Assembly (NCBI GenBank): GCA_942492635.1
Contig: CALOFP010000003.1
Span: 1,137,102 to 1,201,101 of the forward strand
Source: an uncultured bacterium
Lineage (GTDB): Bacteria > UBP6 > UBA1177 > CALOFP01
Length of the DNA stretch: 64,000 nt
Direction of reading: 5' to 3'
This document shows positions 1 to 11,800 of the stretch, in pieces (within the stretch, counting starts at the first letter, position 1; every line of letters starts with the position of its first letter). Below the pieces are notes generated by a model, which saw only the letters and a list, made by a program, of their open reading frames with translations, searched no databases and was not told the origin of the DNA. The position numbers and the translations under genes are program-made.

Positions 1-138
1 CCCGGCCGGGGCTAAACTATTGTAGCACCGACCCACCCCACTTTCTCCGGAAGCTCCAGAGGAGTGACACTTTTGATCAAACAGCAACCACTGGAAACAA
101 CTCCAAATTATAGTCAACAATACCCCCACAATCACCAA

Positions 139-615
139 GAACCTCGAAGAGGTGACATGACAAATCACCCCATTCCGGTCCGGCTCTAATCAATCGTTGG
201 ATTTGTCCTGAAGCACCTCCGATATTAACGCTATAGCAGGATTGAATATAATTTTCTCAATTTTATATTTTTACTTATAGTTACTGTGATAATGAAAGTT
301 ATAATATAAGTGATGATAGAAAGGAAATTTCAAAATAAAATTCATTTATGAGTGTTATCCCAAATGCGAATTGGACAAAAGATAAAAAATATGAATTTAA
401 TTGGGCTTCAATAAAAAATAGTGCTAAAACATATAATAAATATCAATAAGAATATTTATAGCGTAAAAAAATAATTGGTGCCATGACGCCATTTTTACAC
501 TTTAGGTCTACCATTAAATATTTTTTTATCATGGTTTTCCCGATTTTTGATTCTTTTAAAGCATTATCGGCACATTATGCCAAATTTCCACTATTATGTC
601 ACCTCTTCGAGGTTC
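139..615. repeat. Perfect 20-bp inverted repeat pair bracketing a ~437-bp AT-rich non-coding segment
   Basis: 139-158 is GAACCTCGAAGAGGTGACAT and 596-615 (ATGTCACCTCTTCGAGGTTC) is its exact reverse complement. The interval between them is visibly AT-rich and holds only a 67-aa ORF with no RBS. Confidence 0.7.
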
Positions 616-709
616 AGGGAAGGTGGGGCGTAGGCGTTCTGCTGGCTAGAATCACGTTACTCAGGAGGTCGGGTATGTATTTGTAAGAAATCCGGACAGG
701 GAACATCCT

Positions 710-3700
710 CTACTGACAGCCTTTGATGACCTTTGCTTTTGTACGCACAATTTTGTCCTGTACCAAATCATCACCTGGATCTATAAAAACGTCGTAACTG
801 CCGGTCCACAGGTTAATGTTATACTTCGCGTCGCCCGTTCCCATAATCATTTGTGAGATCGTGTTTTCCTCACTGTTTTTGCTTACAAATTGAATATCGC
901 ATCTTTTTACAGATGCGGATGGCAGTTCGGGCATGGTTTCGCCGTTGTATTTTATTTCTCCTGAAACTTGTGCCGTATGAAGATCGTAGTCTTTATGGGT
1001 GCTTGAATTTATTGTGATTCTCTTTTCGATTGTCAGGTCCATATTTGGCATGACATTCTGCAAATGCTTGTTGGGTATGATAACCACTTTGTAGTCGCCG
1101 GCATAGAGAAATGTGAAGAACTTCTCTTCGCCGTTTGCCCATATTATATCTTCTCTGTGGTCCCCTGTGGAGAGATTGTAGAAATGGATCACACCGCGTC
1201 TTTCCCCTGACGAGTGAGTGTTGTCCTTCATCTTTTCTCCGTTGATTTTGATACTGCCTCCGAATGTGTATTCGTTGATGTTGAATGATTTGGAGAGTGT
1301 TGAGGATGAGCTGTTCATGTGAAAATCATCATCAAGTACGACATCGAGTTTTGTAATATCGTTTCCTTCGTGTTCGTTGGGAAGAAGCAGTACTTTATAG
1401 TGGGCTTTGTAGAGAGTTCTTTCGTATCTTGCCGGACCGGATTCGGAGAAAGATCTTGAGAGATAGTCCTGTGTATCTTTATTTACAAACCGAATTTTTC
1501 CTCTTGATACCGAGTCGTTATCCTCCATTGCCGTTTCATTTATTGTCACTTCACCGCTGACGGTTACCGTGTCAATATTAAAATTTTTAATTCCCGCGGA
1601 GGAACTGTCTATCACAATGTCATCCCCGACAACGGCGGTCATTGGGGGAATAACATTCTTTTTCATTAAGCTGTCCTTTGTCGGAAGGATAAGAACCTTG
1701 TAGTTGCCTTCGTAGACGGTTGTGCTGTACGTCGCTTTACCTGTGGCGCCGAGAGGAAGCGAAAGCTCGCATTTTTTGGAGGTAGTCGCCACACTCGGGT
1801 CGCACTCCTTCTGGATAAGGTGCAATTCTCCACGGGAGAAATCGGCATAGGTGGAATCAGGCATCTGAGTTCCGTTGATTTTCATTTCACCGCTGATTTC
1901 CACAGTGTTTACGTTGAAATTTTTTGTAACGGTTCCTGCTGCAAGCTTATAGCTAGCGTCGAGCGCGATGTTGTAGTGAGGAATCGGATTTTTTCTGTAA
2001 ACTTCCGGCATGAGCATGACCTTGTATTCACCTTCGTAGAGATCGAACGAATAGGTGGCAGCTCCCTTCGGCGGCAAGGTGTAAGTGAGTGTGTCGCCCG
2101 TATCCAACCTGATTACTTTCATAATTCCCCTGGAGTAGTGATCGTCCGAGATATCCTTCATCTGCAATCCGTTGATGGTGACTGCTCCACTGACTTTGGA
2201 TGTGTTGATGTTGAAGTTGTTTACAACCGTATCCTCCGATCCGGTGATTTCCAGAGATTCTTTGAGCTGGATATCTATCTTCGGGAGATCGTTGCCTTCA
2301 ACATTGTAGGGCACGAACTGAACCTTGTATAATCCTTTCACGAGCTCAACTTCGTACTGACCTCCTTTTCCTTCGAGGCCTACCCAGCCATCGAGGGATT
2401 GTCCGGTTTCCATATTGATGAATTTAACGGCACCGCGATAGTATGTATCGCTGTTGTCGGGCATCTGCTGACCATTGAGAGTCACTTCTCCCCTGCAGAT
2501 TGCCGTTTTCATATTCACGTTCAGTACGGTATCTGCCTTAATTGGTTCCAGGTCGCAGGTTTTCTCACAGATGTAGCTTTCGTTGCATATTTCATAGTTT
2601 CCGCATGTTCCGCAGGATTCTCCGCAGACAGGATCCAGTCCACACTCCCTTGCCCCGCATGCAACGGGACACTCTTCGCAGCCCGATTTATCGTAGTCGG
2701 AGCAGTTGTTCAGACAGGCAAGTGTTCCGCTGTAGAAGCCGAAATCTTCACAGGATTTGCCGTTGAGATCTGTTCCGTCACAGGCATCTGTTCCGTCGAT
2801 TTTATTGTTCCCGCACTCTATTTTTCCAGTACAGCCTGAAAGATCGAATTTGCTGCAGTCAGAATCACATGCAAGTGTTCCTCCGGAGTAGTTGAAATTT
2901 GTGCAGGTTTTTCCGTCCAGATCCTTTCCGTCACACACATCCGTACCGTCGACTTTGTCGTTGCCACACTTTATTTTCCCAGTACATTTTGAAAGATCGA
3001 AGTCACTGCAGTTGGAAAGGCATGCGAGTGTTCCCCCGGAATAATTGAAATCTGTGCAGGATTTGCCATCCAGATCCTTTCCGTCACACACATCAGCGCC
3101 GTTCACCTTGTCGTCTCCGCAGGTTTCCGCCGGTGAGCATCCTGACGTATCATAACCGGAGCAGTCGGTTTTACAGGCAAGCGAGCCTTCGCCAAATCCC
3201 AGTTCCTTGCAGGTTTTTCCGCCGAGATCCTTTCCGTCACACACATCCGTACCATCGATTTTGTCGTTACCGCACTCTATTTTCCCAGTACATTTTGAAA
3301 GATCAAAGTCACTGCAGTTGGCAAGGCATGCAAGCGTTCCATCTGAGTAGTTGAAATCTGTACAGGATTTGCCATCCAAATCATTTCCATCGCACACATC
3401 CGTACCGTTTACCTTGTCGTCTCCGCAGGTTTCCGCCGGTGAGCAGTCTGACGTATCATAACCGGAGCAGTCGGTTTTACAGGCAAGCGCGCCTTCACCG
3501 AATCCCAGTTCCTTGCAGGTTTTTCCGCCAAGATCCTTTCCGTCACACACATCCGTGCCGTCGATTTTGTCGTTACCGCACCCAATGCTTCCCGTACAGT
3601 TTGAAAGATCGAAGTCGCTGCAGTTTGAAAGACATGCAAGTGTTCCTCCGGTGTAGTTGAAATCGGCGCAGGATTTTCCATCCAGATCCTTCCCATCACA

Positions 3701-3988
3701 TACATCAGTGCCGTTAACCTTGTCGTCCCCGCAGGTTTCAGAAGCGCCGCATGAAGCGGTGTCGAAATTCGAGCAGTCTGAAAGGCAGGAAAGGGTGCCT
3801 TTTCCAAGTCCGAGTTTCGTACATGTTTTTTTAGAGAGATCCGTGCCATCGCACAGTTCTCCCTGTTCCGCAACGTTGTTTCCACATTCAGCCTTCTCTT
3901 CAGACTTATCCGAAGGTTTCGAAAAACAGGATGAAAATAAAATCATGGAAAACATAAAAAGAATAGTAAGCAGACAATTGTTTTTCAT
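710..3988 (-). CDS. Secreted lipoprotein with eight Cys-rich repeats (Myxococcus cysteine-rich repeat/DUF4215-like) and six ~95-aa beta-rich repeats; function unknown
   Basis: 1092-aa ORF with an N-terminal hydrophobic signal and lipobox (ILFSSC). Eight ~51-aa units follow the pattern CG[DN]xK[VI][DN]GTDVCDGxDLxGKxC...C...C. Next comes a CxxC-rich knot, then six repeats of the type VSGEVTINGxxMxD...Y.G.YKV...P...NFN[IV]NT. Confidence 0.8.
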   Translation of the reverse strand: MKNNCLLTILFMFSMILFSSCFSKPSDKSEEKAECGNNVAEQGELCDGTDLSKKTCTKLGLGKGTLSCLSDCSNFDTASCGASETCGDDKVNGTDVCDGKDLDGKSCADFNYTGGTLACLSNCSDFDLSNCTGSIGCGNDKIDGTDVCDGKDLGGKTCKELGFGEGALACKTDCSGYDTSDCSPAETCGDDKVNGTDVCDGNDLDGKSCTDFNYSDGTLACLANCSDFDLSKCTGKIECGNDKIDGTDVCDGKDLGGKTCKELGFGEGSLACKTDCSGYDTSGCSPAETCGDDKVNGADVCDGKDLDGKSCTDFNYSGGTLACLSNCSDFDLSKCTGKIKCGNDKVDGTDVCDGKDLDGKTCTNFNYSGGTLACDSDCSKFDLSGCTGKIECGNNKIDGTDACDGTDLNGKSCEDFGFYSGTLACLNNCSDYDKSGCEECPVACGARECGLDPVCGESCGTCGNYEICNESYICEKTCDLEPIKADTVLNVNMKTAICRGEVTLNGQQMPDNSDTYYRGAVKFINMETGQSLDGWVGLEGKGGQYEVELVKGLYKVQFVPYNVEGNDLPKIDIQLKESLEITGSEDTVVNNFNINTSKVSGAVTINGLQMKDISDDHYSRGIMKVIRLDTGDTLTYTLPPKGAATYSFDLYEGEYKVMLMPEVYRKNPIPHYNIALDASYKLAAGTVTKNFNVNTVEISGEMKINGTQMPDSTYADFSRGELHLIQKECDPSVATTSKKCELSLPLGATGKATYSTTVYEGNYKVLILPTKDSLMKKNVIPPMTAVVGDDIVIDSSSAGIKNFNIDTVTVSGEVTINETAMEDNDSVSRGKIRFVNKDTQDYLSRSFSESGPARYERTLYKAHYKVLLLPNEHEGNDITKLDVVLDDDFHMNSSSSTLSKSFNINEYTFGGSIKINGEKMKDNTHSSGERRGVIHFYNLSTGDHREDIIWANGEEKFFTFLYAGDYKVVIIPNKHLQNVMPNMDLTIEKRITINSSTHKDYDLHTAQVSGEIKYNGETMPELPSASVKRCDIQFVSKNSEENTISQMIMGTGDAKYNINLWTGSYDVFIDPGDDLVQDKIVRTKAKVIKGCQ
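2670..3889 (-). repeat. In-frame tandem coding repeats (51-aa unit, 102-aa / 306-bp super-unit)
   Basis: Shadow ORFs 3133..3354 and 3439..3660 on the + strand give almost identical peptides at an offset of 306 nt. The protein shows three near-identical 102-aa super-units. Confidence 0.85.
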
Positions 3989-4767
3989 TGGATTGCCACC
4001 ATGCTATGTATCATTAATAAAACTGGAGGCTTGGTACCACATATTGCAGTTCATGTCAATTTTATATAGTCTCCGGCAACAACCTCAAACAGGGGATGTA
4101 AAAATGTAACCGCAGGACACTTTAATGGTTTTTTATTTTCACAAAGATGTAGACAACAGAAATCACTATGAAATTAGAGGCGTACTAACTAAAATGAAAT
4201 GCTGTAAATAAAAATGTTTCAGATGGCAACATAAATATCAGCATTTGATAATATATTTTTGTGAAACAAATAAAATCAACACAAAATAATTACGATCAAC
4301 AGTTATAGACGCAGTCTAGCAAAACAACTCTTCCAACATTGAGTTGTGGATTTTTCAGCCTTCCCATTTCAAGTAGATGATACCTGTTTTCGTAATTACT
4401 CCAGATCAACCATGATCTCAGTATAACTCAATTTCTGTTTATTTTCTTGACAACACCATTTTACCTAATATGTTTTTTAAGTATTGATTCTTTATTTGAG
4501 AGGCTCGCAAAGGGTGCCATCTCAAATGAGATATTTGTAATACTAAACAACATTTCAATCGCAAACAATAAAACAAGGAGTCCTGTTAATGCGTGAGCCG
4601 ATTTTTTGTTAATTCAATAACATATTTCTATTACAGTATCGTTTCGTGTCTCTTCTTCATTATTGTGTTTATGTGACAAGACAACTGCAATCTTTTTATC
4701 ATATATCACGATATGGATTTGTACGCTTAACTGGAAATTATATTGACTAATAAAAATGAGGATAGTT

Positions 4768-5319
4768 ATGTTTGATATACGCAAAATACAGGAAGAAGGT
4801 CTTTTCAATGTGATTGAAGGATGTAGGAACACCGAGTTAGCCCGGAAAATAGTTTATGGAAAAGGCGATGTCCATGAGGATGATTCTGAATGGGTAAAAT
4901 CCACAATGTCCAAATTGGAAGAGAGTTTTAACGATTCTCAAGTTGAGAATATTAGAATGAAATGCCAATGTGGATATGGAATGGATAAAAAGCTGGAATT
5001 ATTAAACCGACTGATTATCTCCTCATCCAATCTTGAAGAATTTGCAGGAAAAGGTGAAGCAAGAACAGCAGGATTGTATCTGGAGAATGGAGAATTATTC
5101 CTGGAATTTGATAGTTGTCCATGCCCTATGCTTAAGGATGTAGACAGATTGGAAAATGACACATGGTGCAAATGCACTGTAGGTTACACTAAAACCCTTT
5201 TCACAAAAGCCTTCGGATGTGATATTGATGTGGATCTGTTAAAAAGTGTCAAAATGGGCGATGATGCATGTCTTCAAAAAATCGACATCAAGGATTTCAA
5301 CTGGAACATCAACAAATAA
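4768..5319 (+). CDS. Small Cys-rich protein, probably metal-binding; resembles the family I recall as DUF6144
   Basis: The ORF runs 4756..5319, and the ATG at 4768 has GAGGA 5 nt upstream. Motifs present: CQCGYG, CPCPML, WCKCTVGY and GDDAC. Confidence 0.55.
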   Translation: MFDIRKIQEEGLFNVIEGCRNTELARKIVYGKGDVHEDDSEWVKSTMSKLEESFNDSQVENIRMKCQCGYGMDKKLELLNRLIISSSNLEEFAGKGEARTAGLYLENGELFLEFDSCPCPMLKDVDRLENDTWCKCTVGYTKTLFTKAFGCDIDVDLLKSVKMGDDACLQKIDIKDFNWNINK

Positions 5320-5893
5320 AAACTAATTCCCATCAGACATCTACGGGGGAAGAATCGCTTATGGTTCTTTCCCTGCAATTTGCAGAAAATCATTTACAAA
5401 ACTCCAAACGGATTGGGCTGGAAAAAGTTTTTAGCAGTCCTTAAATTCCTGCAGTTTCCTCGATCCTTCCGGATCCTAATTAGGGGATCCCTCCTCCATA
5501 ATTTTTTAAATGATATTAAAATTGCTGGAAATATTGGGCGTTCCAGCGAAACGCCCCTACGGCTGCTTTTCGTGGTTCGCCTTCTTCCGACAAGATTATT
5601 TGTGGCTTAAAATCGTTTCAAATTCCATTCTCTTTAACGAAGCTTCATCTATATTGGAGATTCATTTCCCACCGGCAAAGGCTTCACCTATAACCACTTG
5701 ATAAATCAAGGGAACCACCCTGAATTTACTTTTAGATCAAATGGGACTTGATCTTGTGGTTTTTTCAAATTATTTTAAATACAACTCGCATGTAAATGAT
5801 GACTTGAGTGAATTCAATCTCCTTCGCAAATTTTGCGAAGCTTTTCACCTTTACATATCGGGCAAACAGTATACAAACCTATGGAGGCTCTTT

Positions 5894-8800
5894 ATGGACA
5901 GATCAAAACAATGGGGATTCCGGTTCCTTGTATCCACTTTTTTAATGATCATGTTTTTTTCTGCCGGCCTTGAAGCGGCGGACATGGTGATTTCAGGAAA
6001 TCCGCTTGTAATCACATCCCACGGGATGGGAAAAAAGACGGTCACCTACAACAGCACCAGGCAATACTACTCACCTTTTCCAACCTACCTTTTTCTAAAC
6101 GGCACAACACACAGAATCACATCCTTTACTGAGGTTTCCCATACAAAGCCGGATGAATGGACAATCGTCGCGGTTTACAAAAATGCCAATCCGCTGGTCA
6201 CGATCACTCAGACAATCACATACCGTAACGGCGACGCCTACTACAAGATTGTCTGGGATGTGAAAAATGAGAGCGGTACAAACTTCACGGACTGCAGGCT
6301 GATCCATGGCGGAGATACATACTTCGGCGGTTTCGACAGTTCGGAAGGAAACTACGATCCGACTCTCAAGATGGTCTATCTTTCAAATCCGGATCCCAAT
6401 GTGGACGGAATCATGGGCTTTTACGGTGCCCCCAGCTCTCCGGCGGATCACTATTTCGAGGGAGGCTACTCCGAAAACGGATCTGCAATGAGCAGCGGAA
6501 GACTTCCGGACACTTTCGTATCCAGTTTTATCGATTCGGGATATTCACTGGAGTGGGACAGGGCGACATTCAACAACGGCGAGACTTGGAGTGTTACGGC
6601 TTTTGAAAAGTGGACGGAAGCAGGAATGATCCAGGTGTTTGCTCCGGCAGCACAGGATGCTAGCCCCAGCCAGACTCTGACGTACAACTTCGTCCTTCAG
6701 AATCTCCAGAGCAGTCAGGATACATTCAACCTTTCTCTCAGTTCGTCACAGGGTTGGAGTTCGAATATTTCCGGCAGCAATCCCGTGACCGTTTCCGCAA
6801 ACGGATCCGCCACGGTATCGGCGACGTTGACAGTTCCTGCGAATGCTGCGGCCAACGTGCAGGATACTCTCACACTTACTGCCACATCCAATGCCAACGG
6901 TTCTATCAACAACAGCGACTCCGTTACAACAACAGTTGTTGCGCCGCCCAACAGCGCACCGGTGATAACCCAGGGTTCATCGACTTCCGTCACAATGTCG
7001 GAGGATTCTTCTCCTACTGCATTCAATCTGACGCTTAACGCTTCGGACAGCAATGGAGATACGATTACATGGAGCGTAACCTCCCCTGCCTCACATGGAA
7101 CTGCAACTGCAAACGGAACCGGCACAAGCAAAGCAATCGCCTACACTCCCGGTGCGAATTTCAACGGAAGCGACAGCTTTGTTGTTCAGGTCAGCGACGG
7201 AAACGGAGGAACGAACACCATTACCGTGAACGTCACAATCCAGCCTGTCAACGACCCGCCTGTAATCACATCAAATCCGAGCACTTCCATTAACGAGGAT
7301 TCTCCATACAGCTACACTCTGACTGCTACGGATGCGGATACAGGTGACAGTAAAACACTTTCCGCACCTACACTTCCATCTTGGCTCTCTTTCAATTCCG
7401 CATCCGGTGTTCTTTCAGGAACTCCGGGAAATGACGATGTGGGTAGTCACACAGTCAAATTGAGGGTAAATGACGGAAGTGTGAATATTGATCAGGATTT
7501 CGCAATAACCGTTGTGAATGTTAATGACCCTCCTGTAATTTCAGGATCACCTGCAACTTCCGTCAATGAAGATTCAGCCTACAGCTTCATTCCGGCCGCG
7601 AATGACGTTGATACGGGTGATTCGAAAACATTCCTGATCACCAACAAACCCGGCTGGGCCAGTTTCGATTCATCAACGGGTAAGCTTTCCGGAACACCGG
7701 ATAACTCCCACGTAGGCACAACCACCGGAATCGTCATCACCGTAAGAGACGGTTCTAATGCTGAAGATTCAATAGGTCCTTTTAATATCGAGGTTGTGAA
7801 CACAAACGACGCTCCGATCATTTCAGGATCACCCGCAACATCGGTAAATGAAGATTCCGGGTACAGTTTTACTCCGACCGTTAACGATGTGGATGTCGGT
7901 GATTCAAAAACTTTTACAATCACGAACAAACCTGTCTGGGCCAGTTTCGAATCTACAACAGGCAAGCTTTCGGGAACTCCGGACAATTCACACGTCGGAA
8001 CAACTACAGGAATAGTCATCACTGTAAAGGACGGATCCAACGCTGAAGATTCAGTCGGACCATTCAATATCGAAGTCATCAACACAAACGATGCTCCCGT
8101 GGTAACTTCGACAGCCGTTACTTCAGTTAATGAGGATTCAGGTTACAGCTATACTTTCACAGCTGAAGATGTGGACGCGTCCGACAGCCTTACTCTTTCC
8201 GCTCCCTCAATTCCGACTTGGCTCACTTTTGATCCGGCCACAGGAAAGTTGACAGGAACTCCGACAAATAATGAAGTGGGAGTTCACAACATAACTCTCC
8301 GGGTCAACGACGGAACTGTCAACACTGACCAGGAGTTCACAATCACCGTCACAAATACCAACGACGTTCCGGTTATCACATCGACGGCACCCGATTCTAT
8401 AAACGAAGATAGTGAATACAACTACACTTTCACAGCCGAAGATGTGGACTCAACCGACAGCCTTACTCTCTCCGCTCCCACAATTCCTACTTGGCTCACT
8501 TTTGATCCTTCCACTGGAAAGTTGAGTGGAACTCCGACAAACAACGAGGTGGGAATCCACAACATAACTCTCCGGGTCAACGACGGAACAGTCGATATTG
8601 ACGAAAATTTCACAATCACTGTTACAAATGTAAACGATTGTCCGGTGGTGACATCAACAGCCGTAACTTCCGTGAATGAGGATTCTACATACAACTACAA
8701 CTTTACAGCTGAAGATGTTGATGTGGGCGACAACCTCACTCTTTCCGCACCCACAATTCCGGCATGGCTTAATTTCAATCCGGAGACTGGCAAACTCTCA

Positions 8801-11800
8801 GGAACTCCCACAAATGACGAGGTCGGAACCCACAATATCGTCCTTCGGGTAAACGACGGAAAAGTAGATGTGGATCAGGAATTTTCCATAACTGTTGTGA
8901 ATACAAATGATGCACCGGTTATCAGCGGTACACCTGCGGCAACTGTCAATGAAGATTCTCCATACAGCTTCACTCCTGCTGTCAGCGATGTTGACGATGG
9001 CGACACAAAAACATTCACCATCACAAACAAACCGGACTGGGCCGACTTTGATTCAACAACAGGCAACCTTTCAGGAACTCCGGAAAATTCCCATGTCGGA
9101 ACGGTTTCCGGGATAGTAATCACTGTAAAGGACTCGGCTGATGCACAAGATTCAATAGGTCCGTTCAATATTGAGGTTATCAATACCAACGATGCGCCTG
9201 CAGTGACTTCGACAGCTGTTACTTCAGTTAATGAGGATAGCGGCTACAGTTACACTTTCACGGCAGAGGATATGGATGTCGGTGACGATCTCACACTTTC
9301 GGCCCCGACAATTCCCGCATGGCTGACTTTCGATGCTGCAACGGGAATTCTCTCGGGTACTCCGACAAATGACGAGGTCGGTTTTCATCGTATCGTTCTC
9401 AGGGTGAACGACGGAACTGTAGATGTCGATCAGGAGTTCAAGATCTCTGTCGTTAATGTAAATGACCTTCCGGTAATAACTTCAACTGCACCAACTTCCG
9501 TAGATGAAGACAGCGGATACAGCTACACTTTCACTGCCGAAGATGTGGATGCAGGAGACAATCTGACCCTCTCGGCACCCTCAATTCCCCTATGGCTTGA
9601 TTTTGATCCGGAAACGGGAGAGCTCTCGGGAACTCCGACAAATGATGCTGTCGGAGTTCACAATATCGTTCTTCGCGTGAACGACGGAACTGTCGATGTT
9701 GACCAGACTTTCTCAATCACGGTTGCAAATGTGAACGATGCTCCGGTAATCACTTCCGCCGCTCAAGAATCGGTAAATGAAGACAGTGAGTACCGCTACA
9801 CTTTCACGGCGGAAGATGAGGATGTAGGCGATAAGCTGACCCTCTCCGCGCCGATTCTTCCAAAATGGCTCAATTTCGATCCGGCAACGGGGCAACTCCA
9901 CGGCACTCCGACAAACGATGAGGTTGGAATACACAACGTCACTCTTCGGGTGAGCGACGCAAAGGTAGAGATCTACCAGGATTTCACCATCACAGTAGTG
10001 AACGTGAACGATCCACCTGTCATCGAAAGCCAGACTGCAACATTCTCAATAAATGAAGATAGTTACATCAACTTCGACCTGAACAGCGTTATCGCGACTG
10101 ATGTGGACGACAGCTATCCTGCAGGCTTCTCAATGAGTATCCTTCCCGGTGACAACTACTCCTTCAGCGGGCTTCAGGTAGCTCCCGACCGTGATTACTT
10201 CGGTGAACTTTTTGTAAGGGTTTCTGTAAACGACGGAGAACTGGACAGCGCACCTTTTGAAATTTCCGTAACGGTCAATCCTGTGAACGATGTCCCCTAC
10301 TTCGTTTCACCTACACCAACGGGAACCGTTAATATCGGTGAAGGAATCAGCAACAGATTCACCATCCGGGCAGAGGATGTGGACAACACGAATATCACCT
10401 ACGGAGCAAACGATCTTCCCGCTGGAGCACATGTGGATGGATCGACCGGAGAATTCAGCTGGAAACCGACATGGCGCGATGCTGGAATCTATCCTATCGT
10501 AATCTTCGCAACGGACGGTCAGCATCCTGTGATCAGGAACCTCACTCTTGTTGCCGAGTACATCGATAACGACAGGGACGATCTTCCCGATCTGTGGGAA
10601 GTTACGGTGGGACTGGATCCCTACAACAGCGACAGCGACGGTGACACAATTCCCGATGAAGTTGAGGTGGGAGCCAATCTCGACATGCCTTTGGACAGTG
10701 ATGGCGACGGAGTAATCGATGCGCTCGATGACGATAGCGATAACGACGGAATTCCCGATCAGCTGGAAGCCGGAAAGGATGTTGCCGAGAAAGGTCCGAG
10801 AGATACGGATGGAGACGGAGTCCCGGACTATCTTGACGCGGATTCCGATAACGACAGCGTAAACGACGATATCGACAACTGCGTACTTGTATCAAATGAG
10901 GATCAGCTCGATACGGATCTGGATGACATCGGTGATCTCTGTGAAAACGATACGGACGGTGACGGCATCGAGGACGATATCGAAACCGTAATCGGAACAG
11001 ATCCTATGAACAGGGACAGCGACGGAGATGGAATAGACGATAACATCGAAATCGGCGATCCCGTTAATCCTCCGGATTCCGACAGCGACGGAATAATCGA
11101 TGCGCTCGACACAGATTCCGATAATGACGGAATCGAAGACAGAAAGGAACGGGGAGAGGGCGAAACTCCCGTAGATACGGATTCGGACGGAATTCCGGAC
11201 TATCTCGACAGAGATTCGGATGACGACAATGTGGAAGATTCCCTCGACAACTGCCCTACGATCGAAAACAGTGATCAGACCGACGTCAACGAAAACGGTA
11301 TCGGAGATGCCTGCGAATCGGATTTGGATGGCGATGGTGTTTCAAATTTTCATGAAGCCAAGATAGGAACAGATCCGAACAATGCAGACAGCGACGGCGA
11401 CGGAATAAGCGACGATGTTGAGATAGGCGATCCTGAAAATCCGAAGGATTCGGACGGTGACGGAATAATCGATGCTCTCGATACCGATTCGGACAACGAC
11501 GGAATCGATGACAGAGATGAATGGGGAACCGGAGAAAAGCCTCAGGATACGGACGGCGACGGAACTCCAGACTATCTGGACACGGATTCCGACAACGACG
11601 GTGTGGAAGACTCCGCGGACAACTGCAGAACAGCTTCAAATGCTGATCAATCAGACCTCAATGAAAACGGCATCGGCGACCGCTGTGAGGATGACCGGGA
11701 CGGTGACGGAGTAAGCGACGAAGATGAGGCTAAAGCGGGAAGCAACCCCGATCTCGCCGACACGGACGGCGACGGAATTGGCGACGGAAAGGAGATCGGC

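Noticed and set aside
483-686. 67-aa ORF in the leading intergenic region
   Set aside because: It has no RBS, spans one arm of the 20-bp inverted repeat, has AT-rich composition and shows no motifs.
5741-5893. 51-codon N-terminal extension of the giant ORF
   Set aside because: The extension has no signal peptide. The internal ATG at 5894 has a GGAGG RBS at proper spacing and starts a canonical signal sequence.
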